Assembly (NCBI RefSeq): GCF_000485595.1
Contig: NW_014577088.1
Coordinates: 1,073,505 to 1,118,094 of the forward strand
From: Priapulus caudatus
Lineage: Eukaryota
Length of the DNA stretch: 44,590 nt
Direction: 5' to 3'
Made by a program: the position numbers and the translations under genes. Below are positions 24,153 through 31,285 of this stretch, one piece after another (position 1 is the stretch's first letter; every line of letters starts with the position of its first letter). Under the pieces are notes generated by a model. The model did no database searches. It was given only the letters and a program-made list of their open reading frames with translations, and was not told where the DNA came from.

Positions 24153-27100
24153 GCGAGAAAGTGCTTCAAGGCCTAGTGCTGCGCATGTTAAGAAGCTTAT
24201 ATCGCGTCTAGAGAGCGGCCTGCTCTCTATACGCGCGAACGTCTCAACGACTTCGTGCAGAAAACAGTTTGCTCTCGATTTGTCGCCTCGGACTCTCGAT
24301 CAATCGTTAGCTACTCATATGCTCTCGGTCGCACAGACGCGGTGAATATGTTTGCCTGCTCGCACAAACGTTGTTCTCCATATCTCTCCCCTCGTCGTGG
24401 CGCGCTCGCGTCATCTGCACTTGCCAGGCGTGTACAGGATGAGTTCTGAATAGGGTGTGGTGTGCCTAAAGCCCGGCGCACACGTAAGTAATTTTACTCA
24501 AGTAAAAGGGTGATGCTCCATTAGGAGCGTTCCCAACTTTAATGTCATTAATGTCGTGATATAAAAGAGATATAAAGGGGGCCGATCGATATAAATTAGA
24601 TATCTCAAAAAGATGATTAGATTACTCAAGGTATAATTGGTAATGTAGATCACGTGGCTGTGCGCAGCCAATACTGGGCGCAGTTATCTTTAAAATGATT
24701 TAAACGCATGCGCTGTGAGTACCAGTGTTGAGTAAATTTACGCAGCTAGCGCGCACACGTTGAGTATTTTGACGCATGAGTCAAAAATTATCAAACATGT
24801 TTGATATTGAGTTTCTTGATGCATGCGTCAGAAAACTCAACGAAAATCCGGCGCACACGTGAATATTTTGACGCATGAGTCAAAAATTATCAAACATGTT
24901 TGATATTGAGTTTCTTGATGCATGCGTCAGAAAGCTCAACGAAAATTCGGCGCACACGTGAGTATTTTGACGCATGCATCATTTTACTTGAGTAAAATAA
25001 CTCACGTGTGCGCCGGGCTTAATGCGATACCTGACGCCCGTACAGTTCTATGCGGAAGTGCAGTCATTTACAAATACTACAGGTCTTATCCTGCGACGAA
25101 GAGCGCTACTATATGCTATTTCGGGACGCAAAAGAAGCATATAGAAGCTTCGACAGGTCGCCTCGGTTACGAAAGACGAGTTTAATGTCAATATTTTCAA
25201 GCTATAATAATAGCTATTATTAGCTCTTGGCATGTTTCGTACTAACATTTTCTCGAGAATTATGTTACCTGTGACGAGACGCGATATGGTTGCCACGGGA
25301 AACAAGGATGCCAGATCCAGGTAGAAGTAAACACCGCTGCGATACCGGCGAGCGATTCTGCTGACGTCGCTCACCTGAATCATCAACACGATGTTATTAA
25401 GAACCATGCTGCCATTACGAGCGACGTTAGTCCGTGTTTATTAATCAACCAGTACACAGTGTATCACGTACGTGAGCAGTCGTATAATTTTGTGCGTATA
25501 ATTATACGATATTATAACGATATGAGAAGACTACGTATGCGTCTAAGTGAGGTCTCATGACTTCACTACGTACTTAGTTTAAACAGTGCCAGTTTGGATA
25601 TACTAGTCACACGAAATAATAACATACCAAATCAATATTAACTACCAATTACAACCAACTAATCATATTAAGTATATGCATATAATTAACTAATTCAATA
25701 AATAAATATATATATATATACGTCGTGCTTAGCGCTACATAGATTAAAACAAATCGTAATCTTGAATAGTATAATATAGTAACCGCGGTCTAATAATACA
25801 TTGCCCCGCGGACGTGAATGCATTTGAACATACGTTGATTACACGATTTGTGCATGTATGGTATTCTAGAAAATTTAAGTCGTTTAACCAGTTTCGATGA
25901 CAACGCTTTAACGAATACATTTTTGTAAGTACCAACAGTTTGCGAGCAGTACAGAGATATGTCTTGCGCGCGTGTGTGTCCATGTCGGGGAGACAGAGTG
26001 ATTACCAGCAGTCCGTGCTTCAGATAGGCCGTGCGCCGTGACACGCTGATGTCAAGCAAGTAGATGAGGTCAGTAACACTGTCTGCGATGAAAAACACCC
26101 AGCCGTGCGGTCCCTGCGAGGAATGCATAAATGCTCAGCACCAAGTCTTTGCTGCCTAGCGTCGTCGAGGTCATCGTCATCACCATTGTCATCATCTCCA
26201 CCGCCGCCACCACCACTATCACCACCCCCACCGCCAACGCTACCGCCACCGCGCCCGATTAAAATCGCCACGTGTGCGCCCGGCTTAAAGGGCCGGACAC
26301 ACCAGGCGATGCCATCGCCCGACGCCATCGGCCGATGGCATCGCGCAGTCGTGGACACACCAGGCGATTTCATCGGGCGATGGCATCGGCCGATGGCATC
26401 AGTATCATTGAACAACTCTGATTGGCTGATGAATTGTAAAATCGGGCGATGGCATCGGGCGATGCCATCGGCCGATGGCATCGGGCGATGCCATCGGCGG
26501 CGATTGAGTGGACACACCAGGCGATTTTCACGCCGATGCCATCGGCCGATGCCATCGGCCGATGGCATCGCCTGGTGTGTCCGGCCCTTAAAGCCTATAA
26601 TTATTTTTGCTGCAACTAATTATGATACTCTCGAAAAGACGCGCCTGCTATCGCAATCGTTATGCGCTATCGGCGAAAAATGGCTGATGAATAATTAACA
26701 ATAGCCATTGTGGTGCGTCACAGTAGGCAATAGTCACAGCGTCCGAGTCACCGGTGTGACATATACGCAATACGCAAGTAACGCGAGAGCGTCGGTCCGT
26801 AATTCGCCGATAGTAGGCAGCGTTCTACAATTACATATTTGGGTTCAAGGATAGAGATGATGTCCAGGACGGTGATAGGATAAGATGATGTTTATTACTA
26901 GACATGCTCTGTATCCTTGAGCCCATATTTGTACGCATCAGACGTCCTCGATTTATCGCGGTCCGCAAAGCGCTGGCAGAGTCGGGTGTCGCCTCCTGAC
27001 TCGCTACTGCGTGCCTCTGGCAGGGAACAGGAAGGCTTCACGGGGAGGGTGGTCGAATTTGTACGGTCTCAATGCGCTATGCTGTCACCCTATGCATGCG

Positions 27101-28663
27101 TGGAATGCGTTGCCGCGACTGTCACTCTTCCTACCTGATCGCTCATTTCTTTATAGGTGATCCTCACTATGGTCAGCCACATGTTGTAGATCACAGCGAG
27201 CGAGACAACGCACTGCAGACGAAGCGGTAAAACGCGAATACATGAGCATTGACGCCTATATGAAAAGCCTCTGATAGAAGCACGAGGTTCACGATACACG
27301 ATAACCGGGCACCACTTGTTAGCAATAGGTCGGCCTCGTTTGATTTCGGATGGCGAGCATTGCAGTTTGTATAGCGAGATCGACGGATCGGCTTTTGATT
27401 TCGATGGCTTATAAACTGTGAACGGAATCATGTTTAATCGCATAGATGGATAGTGTTTGTGGGTACACACATATCATGTAAGGTATTTGTATTGTGTTCT
27501 TGCTTTTTATTATGATTTTGTTAGAGAATTAAACGCTTATTGATTTTTAAATATTATTCATAAATATGTTCAGTTTGTTGATTTACCTGCCAGAGCCAGT
27601 AGATCTCACTGTCGGGGTGTACTATGTACGTACCAGCCGCAGAATGAACCATTTCCCAGTTCCCTTCAGGCACATGCCCATGTCTGAGGCAGCATTGCAG
27701 AAAGCTGTCGACGAGGTAGCGGTGGGCAGTGCGGCTGCAGTTCATCGTCACTGCATATGCCATCCACCAGAGGGCGCCGGCGGCCCGATAGAGCAATATG
27801 GCGCACAGCCTTAACAGTGAGATGACGATGACGATGACGATAACGACGAATTTCCACAATGAGCCGCAACTGCGTAATGGCTCCATCGTAAACGTTTCAA
27901 GGTGGGTCACAACTGTGTCCGAATGTCATTACATGCAAGTAGGGAGACTTCAGCTACAGAGACAACCCGTGGCTTCGGTGATTCTTGCATTGATCTTCGG
28001 CGGTAGTCTTTTTAGAGGTAGCCGATGTCTCTTACCCTAGCCATTCTGAACAGGATAGATCTATCCTACTTCTGCAGCGCGCTACACATTGCTACCGCAG
28101 TCACCCACGCCACTATTCCTGTCGTCGTCGTCGTTGTCGTCACTGTCGCTGCTGATGCTGTAAACGTTGTTGTTGTTGTTGCTGCTGCAGCTGCCGATGC
28201 TGTTATTTAGAAAACTGTGTTGCGATACTTCTAACTCAAACAGAATTTGCTGCAATGATTTCCGATGTCGGCGTTAGACGCCTATGCGCAACAAGTAAAA
28301 TTTGCTTCGCGTTGCGCGTGCGCAAGCGGCCTGACGACGCGGAAAAATGCAACTGTCAATCTCGCTGATTGCCTTCGGTGAGGACACCTACTGCCTAGCC
28401 GCCTGTTAACGATGCCAATCAGCCAGCGACATTTTGCCGCGTCGATGGCGCGCGATCAAGTGGTGCCTCGCGTCTACTAATGGCTGCAAAATGCCCCCTG
28501 CGCGGATGCTGCTCGCCTGCTCTGCCTCCTCCTCCCTGCACGCACGCGTGTGATAATTATCTTCTATATTTCTCTCCCCCGTGTGCGCTGTGCTCACCTT
28601 GCTTGCTTCCTGTGCTTGTCGGCTTTTAGATGTAGTGAGGTAATTAGCTGATGAGGTGTACAT
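6528..28663 (-). CDS. Cyclic nucleotide-gated cation channel subunit, CNGA-like with an atypical pore (multi-exon gene span)
   Basis: Hand-spliced exons keep phase and give [12 protein letters not shown]1, [19 protein letters not shown]4 RLLRTMK, SRTNFPN-S5, NDWVYP, pore [12 protein letters not shown]6 [20 protein letters not shown]-linker, and [51 protein letters not shown]. The terminal exons are tentative. Confidence 0.92.
6693..6790. repeat. (TTCG)n microsatellite
   Basis: Direct tandem TCGT/TTCG run with a degenerate tail. Confidence 0.9.
7167..7222 (-). CDS. CNG exon: CNBD C-helix [18 protein letters not shown]
   Basis: CACCAG acceptor, AG|GTATAT donor, phase 0 to 2; matches the CNG motif AL.EYP. 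Confidence 0.88.
7997..8066 (-). CDS. CNG exon: [23 protein letters not shown]
   Basis: TGCAG acceptor, GTAAGT donor, phase 2 to 0; contains the phosphate-binding cassette RTA. Confidence 0.93.
8472..8578 (-). CDS. CNG exon: [35 protein letters not shown]
   Basis: TAG acceptor, GTAC donor, phase 0 to 2; contains the FGEI motif. Confidence 0.9.
8770..8807 (-). CDS. CNG 38-bp exon: (G)[12 protein letters not shown]
   Basis: TTTCAG acceptor, GTAAGT donor, phase 1 to 0. Confidence 0.92.
9057..9165 (-). CDS. CNG exon: [36 protein letters not shown]
   Basis: Pyrimidine tract plus AAG acceptor, G|GTGCGA donor, phase 0 to 1; start of the CNBD. Confidence 0.93.
9869..11242. mobile_element. Harbinger-like MITE with TTAACTCGAGTTA subterminal repeats and an internal satellite
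   Basis: TIRs AG(A/C)CTCGTCTACACGACGAACC / GGTTCGTCGTGTAGACGAGGCT, with duplicated arm blocks at both ends. No clean TWA TSD. Confidence 0.75.
10117..11046. repeat. Degenerate GCAC/GTAC (alternating purine-pyrimidine) satellite
   Basis: About 930 bp of GCACGCAC...GTGTACGTGCAC units; the source of the low-complexity HART/CVRA ORFs. Confidence 0.95.
11540..11803. mobile_element. GGG-ended MITE (second family) with an internal (TTAGGG)n tract
   Basis: About 75-bp TIRs GGGTCTATGTCCCC...GGGGACATAGACCC. GGTTAGGGTTAGG tract at about 11624-11662. No TSD detectable. Confidence 0.8.
11900..12425 (-). pseudogene. Degraded fragment of an uncharacterised, probably transposon-borne invertebrate protein
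   Basis: Frameshifted pieces EFFAKEN..., INGTALV...FCDYA and RVDIAW.IY...SL...TR..RG.G...P....NW..FL resemble, from memory, a widespread repeat-associated family. Not verified by a search. Confidence 0.45.
12750..12880. mobile_element. hAT-like transposon terminus (TAGGGGTGCA plus CCGGAAC subterminal repeats)
   Basis: TAGGG start followed by many CCGGA/TCCGG motifs in both orientations. No partner end found. Confidence 0.5.
13236..13553. mobile_element. PIF/Harbinger-like MITE with (GATGAAGC)n arms
   Basis: TIRs AGGCCGCCGCACACCAGCCGATTTT / AAAATCGGCTGGTGTGCGGCGGCCT. TAA TSD on both sides. Inverted 8-mer arrays and a central palindrome. Confidence 0.92.
15513..15609 (-). CDS. CNG exon: C-linker [32 protein letters not shown]
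   Basis: TTTCAG acceptor, AAG|GTACGA donor, phase 2 to 0; matches LP..LRAEIA..VHL.TL.K. Confidence 0.93.
15815..16042. repeat. (AGAT)n microsatellite
   Basis: Direct tandem run. Confidence 0.97.
16117..16146. mobile_element. 30-bp palindromic transposon footprint with 7-bp TSD
   Basis: CAGGAGTGTATCAATATTGATACACTCCTG flanked by ATGATAT on both sides. Confidence 0.75.
16771..16863 (-). CDS. CNG exon: C-linker [30 protein letters not shown]
   Basis: TTGCAG acceptor, CG|GTGGGT donor, phase 2 to 2. Confidence 0.93.
17002..18137. repeat. Diverged inverted repeat pair (17002-17265 and 17965-18137)
   Basis: Both arms share CGGGAAAACGGG.AAATAGTGCTATTT...GCTTGTCTCTACGACACT...CGTAATCTT...CCTACAGGCCTCAG...GATAACTCA.CCATTCC. 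The left arm has an extra insert of about 85 bp. Confidence 0.85.
18218..18336 (-). CDS. CNG exon: S6 [39 protein letters not shown]
   Basis: GCAG acceptor, AA|GTAATT donor, phase 0 to 2; hallmark CNGA motif [10 protein letters not shown]. Confidence 0.95.
18620..18992. repeat. (ATCC)n microsatellite with degenerate flanks
   Basis: Direct tandem run; explains the HPSI ORFs. Confidence 0.95.
19340..20200. repeat. Highly degenerate minisatellite of about 22 bp (CAGGTGTGAGRTATGAATGYT-like)
   Basis: Recurring CAGGTGYGA...GAATG motifs at roughly 22-bp spacing. Confidence 0.55.
19888..20027. mobile_element. Footprint-like mini-element with an internal (TCTAGAAGAA)n expansion and 8-bp TSD
   Basis: Arms CAGGAGTAGATAATAGAAGA / TCTTCTATTATCTACTTTT, flanked by ACTGTAAT on both sides. 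Confidence 0.7.
20282..20777. mobile_element. Foldback MITE (CACAGGCACTTG ends, long inverted arms) with 8-bp TSD
   Basis: Ends CACAGGCACTTG / CAAGTGCCTGTG. Arms 20345-20483 and 20593-20714 are reverse complements. TSD GTGATGAT, though it lies in a GAT-rich context. Confidence 0.85.
20534..20592. mobile_element. CAAGAGCGTATAAAGAA-family footprint with 7-bp TSD, nested in the foldback centre
   Basis: CAAGAGCGTATAAAGAAG...CTTCTTTATACGCGGTTG flanked by ATATCAC. Confidence 0.8.
20935..21116. repeat. (GAT)n microsatellite
   Basis: Direct tandem run; explains the poly-D, poly-M and poly-I ORFs. Confidence 0.97.
21161..21239 (-). CDS. CNG exon: pore helix and filter [26 protein letters not shown]
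   Basis: TTACAG acceptor, GTACGT donor, phase 2 to 0; W...TLTTIG motif. Confidence 0.94.
21734..21798 (-). CDS. CNG exon: turret [21 protein letters not shown]
   Basis: CATAG acceptor, AG|GTAATA donor, phase 0 to 2; WVYP motif and an NQT sequon. Confidence 0.92.
22042..22060. mobile_element. One-armed 19-bp CAAGAGCGTATAAAGAAAG footprint with 7-bp TSD
   Basis: Flanked by ATACCGT on both sides; same left end as the copies at 20534 and 37627. Confidence 0.75.
22258..22357 (-). CDS. CNG exon: S4-S5 linker and S5 [33 protein letters not shown]
   Basis: TTTTTTCTTCAG acceptor, GAG|GTACGT donor, phase 2 to 0. Confidence 0.94.
22795..22882 (-). CDS. CNG exon: S4 [28 protein letters not shown]
   Basis: GCCAG acceptor, AG|GTAAGC donor, phase 1 to 2; R..R..K periodicity. 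Confidence 0.9.
23093..23449. mobile_element. Second copy of the CACAGGCACTTG foldback MITE
   Basis: About 130-bp inverted arms, homologous to 20282-20777. No matching TSD. Confidence 0.85.
23716..24150. repeat. Compound (AAAG)n/(AGAT)n/(AGAC)n/(AG)n microsatellite
   Basis: Direct tandem runs. Confidence 0.95.
24470..25019. mobile_element. PIF/Harbinger-like MITE
   Basis: TIRs AGCCCGGCGCACACGT / ACGTGTGCGCCGGGCT. TAA TSD on both sides. Internal tandem duplication of about 99 bp. Confidence 0.92.
25269..25374 (-). CDS. CNG exon: S2-S3 loop and S3 [35 protein letters not shown]
   Basis: TTCAG acceptor, G|GTAACA donor, phase 0 to 1; F.LD..S..P motif. Confidence 0.92.
26006..26113 (-). CDS. 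CNG exon: S2 [36 protein letters not shown]
   Basis: CGCAG acceptor, GTAATC donor, phase 0 to 0; D..Y.LD....RT.YL..GLL motif. Confidence 0.94.
26289..26588. mobile_element. PIF/Harbinger-like MITE with GCCGATGGCATCG repeats
   Basis: TIRs AGGGCCGGACACACCAGGCGATGCCATCG / CGATGGCATCGCCTGGTGTGTCCGGCCCT. TAA TSD on both sides. Confidence 0.92.
27135..27212 (-). CDS. CNG exon: S1 [26 protein letters not shown]
   Basis: CTGCAG acceptor, CAG|GTAGG donor, phase 0 to 0; YN.W....R motif. Confidence 0.93.
27587..27809 (-). CDS. CNG pre-S1 exon ending [14 protein letters not shown] (5' boundary and frame uncertain)
   Basis: The CAG|GTAAAT donor at 27587 is in phase with the S1 exon. The candidate TTAAG acceptor at 27810 is tentative. 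Confidence 0.65.
27764..27777 (+). promoter_or_regulatory. Perfect CTCF core consensus CCACCAGAGGGCGC
   Basis: Matches CCASYAGRKGGCRS at all 14 positions. Motif match only; binding not shown. Confidence 0.4.
28598..28663 (-). CDS. Candidate first coding exon of the CNG gene ([22 protein letters not shown])
   Basis: ATG followed by a strong AAG|GTGAGC phase-0 donor. No homology support. Confidence 0.35.
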
Positions 28664-29199
28664 GTAGTGTCAGAGCAACAGGTGTGCGCTCATCAACGAC
28701 AGCCGTCGAGCCGAAGGCATGTGGGAACGTGAGATGACAGAGCTCTCTCTATACGGAGAGGCAACGGCGCAGCTATCGATCAGGCAAGCGCAATGTTACA
28801 AGCTTAACACAGAGGATGGATTAGAAGAGCATAGAAAAATATAGAAGGCAGCAAGGTAGCACGTCATTGCACAACAAAATAGAAAGAACGAGAGAGAGAG
28901 AGAGAGCGCGAGAGAGAGAGTGGGATAGTGAGAGGTCATTTAATTTGGGCGCTAGGTCGCCGACGTGCCTATAGTAGTAGGGAAACTTGTACTCTGGAAC
29001 AGGAAGTGCGTCACGGTCACTTCCGGTGGGGGTCACTTCCGACACGGAGGCGTGTGCCCACTCCCCTCCCGGGGCGCCGGAAGTGTCGCTAGGTCGGAAT
29101 TTGCGATGCTCCCCATCAGGTCCTGCCTAGCTGTCACCCTAGGACAGTTACTTAGGGCGCTACATCCCCAAGGTGTCAATGTCTCAATCGCCACAGCTT

Positions 29200-29990
29200 A
29201 GGATAGGGAGGAAATATGGCTGGGCAGTGCCTCTCCATCGAAGTAGCGAAACTTGTTGTAAAACTTTTCAGTGGCCGAAGTGAAATATTTAGATAGAACT
29301 TCGTTTCGCACTTTTTCTCAGGCGTATTCCTGCCTATTCTGAGCGCGTAACATCGGCCGAAAACTATTATCTAGGCTGACAACGGCGTGAAACACTTTCC
29401 CCCGGGCGTAGATGGACGGTCACGTGATGTGGCTGCACTTGTGTTAAGATTAGGGTTAGGGTCAGGGTTAGGGTTAGGGTTAGGATTAGGGTTAGGGTTA
29501 GGGTTAGGGAAATAAGGCCATGTCTAGCACGGAAGTATGACTGTGGAATCTTTCTGTGGAAGATTTGGACTTTGAAGCATCTAGTATGATCTACGCCACC
29601 GACGCCATCTTGTCCATCTACGCCCGGGGGAAAGTGACACCCGACAACGGCGACCAGCGACGCGAGCGCCATTTGTAATATACATTAGCCTAGGGAAAGG
29701 GGTGTGGCGGGATGCTATATGGCCGAAGTGAAACTTTCGACAGGATTCTGTCATGCACATCATAGGCGTACACCTATCCAATTAAAGTGCGTAAGATCGA
29801 CCGAAAAAATTTATCTTGGCTCTAGCGCCATTTCGCGTGTAAAATCGCATAGGGGAAGGGGTATGGCGGGATGCAGCCGCCGAACTGAAATTTTTTAGAT
29901 AGGATTTGGCCATGCACATCTCCCACTCGTACAACGCTGCCCATTTTGAGCGCGTTAGCTCGTCAGAAAAATTATCTTGGCTGGCAACGA
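29200..29990. repeat. Three diverged tandem units of about 160-220 bp (TAGGG.AAGGGGT.TGGC...GCCGAAGTGAAA...TTATCTTGGCT), interrupted by a MITE
   Basis: Unit starts at about 29203, 29690 and 29849 share motifs in the same order. Confidence 0.7.
29387..29642 (-). mobile_element. Mutator/MULE-like telomere-repeat MITE, relative of 3962-4236
   Basis: Shared end GAAAGTGACACCC and shared core CCACAGTCATACTTCC.TGCTAGACATGGCCTTATTTCCCTAACCC in reverse orientation. 9-bp TSD GACAACGGC (29378-29386, 29643-29651). Confidence 0.9.
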
Positions 29991-30245
29991 CTAATCACAT
30001 ATAGAGTAGAATAGTTTACGCAAACTAATCCCTTGTTACAGTTAGGTATTGGTCATGCGAGTACATGGGTCTAGCTTTACACAAATATTTTTCTACAACG
30101 TTGGGAGTTTGGAACGGCTGAACCTGGTCTCTTCGGAAATTGGGCCACCGAGCTAACATTCTCATTAAACTACTTTTCAATAAATTCGCGTTGTTTTATA
30201 AATTGAATTTAAACAGAATTCTAAGTTTCTGCTAGATGGGCGACT

Positions 30246-30263
30246 AGAGAGAGCGAGAGAGAA

Positions 30264-30360
<97 letters not shown>

Positions 30361-30366
30361 CGCGCA
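30246..30366. repeat. (AG)n microsatellite
   Basis: Direct tandem run. Confidence 0.95.
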
Positions 30367-31260
30367 TAGGGATAATTGGTAAAAGTTGATACATTATAGC
30401 TCTTCACGAAATCCGCTTTACTCTCTGCTTACTTCGCCCCATCCCACTTTATCCATCTCCTACACTCCCGTCCTCACTCATATCATTTCGCCGTTTACTC
30501 CCTCCTTTCCACTTTTTTACCTCTCGCTTCTCCTCCTCCGGCTTCTCCACCTTCTCTCCCCTTCCTCCTACTCTTCTCCTCCTCCACCATCACTCATTAT
30601 CTAACTCAAACTAGCTTTAATTTTCTGCTTTCTACTTTAAGTGTATAATTAAAGACTAAAACCAGTCTTTCTTCTATATTTATTCATAAGTGTTGCATGT
30701 TCGCATGAGCGTGACAATAAATTCTCGAATTAGGGTCGTTCCTCAAAAGTTAATAAAACTTAAAAGATTTAGAAATTTAGGATGCTAGGAAACTGATTTA
30801 ATCAAGATGTATTCTGGTATCTCGCGCAGGTTCTTCTGTGGATTAATTTGAATCAAGCAGCGGCCAGTGACATGTCATGAAAAAATTGTGCCTTAAAACC
30901 ATTTACCAGGATCTGAAGTTATCCCATTTATTTATATTATATTGATAATTTTAGAAATAGATGGCGCCACTAAACAACTCCGCGAATATCTGCATTCTTT
31001 ACTTGATGCTCAATACTTTGCTCAATACTAGCTGGCTAGTGTTATAGACGACAACCTCGTTGTTACACGATTCGGAGCAGCCATTGCATTTTGTAAAGAA
31101 TATGCATTGATATTCACGTTTTATGCAAGTACAAGTGTGTGGAGAGCATGGGTAGAGACATCGCCTGCACTTGCACTGGTTATGCCCAACGCCTAGAATA
31201 TTACTAAACTATCAGCTCGAACGTCATAGTCTAGCTTTAAGAAAGAGATTAGGTTTGAAA

Positions 31261-31285
31261 CAGGGAGTTTATAATAGGCTCCCTG
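31261..31285. mobile_element. 25-bp palindromic footprint with 8-bp TSD
   Basis: CAGGGAGTTTATAATAGGCTCCCTG flanked by GTTTGAAA. Confidence 0.78.

Noticed and set aside
24351..24447. Possible extra phase-1 CNG exon between S3 and S4 (TTCAG acceptor, [11 protein letters not shown]...)
   Set aside because: In-frame TGA and only a GC donor; the flanking exons already join in phase without it.
26020..26698. 182-197 aa ORFs with repeated MPSADGI/RCHRP
   Set aside because: Derived from the palindromic Harbinger-like MITE and a CCA/CCG low-complexity tract.
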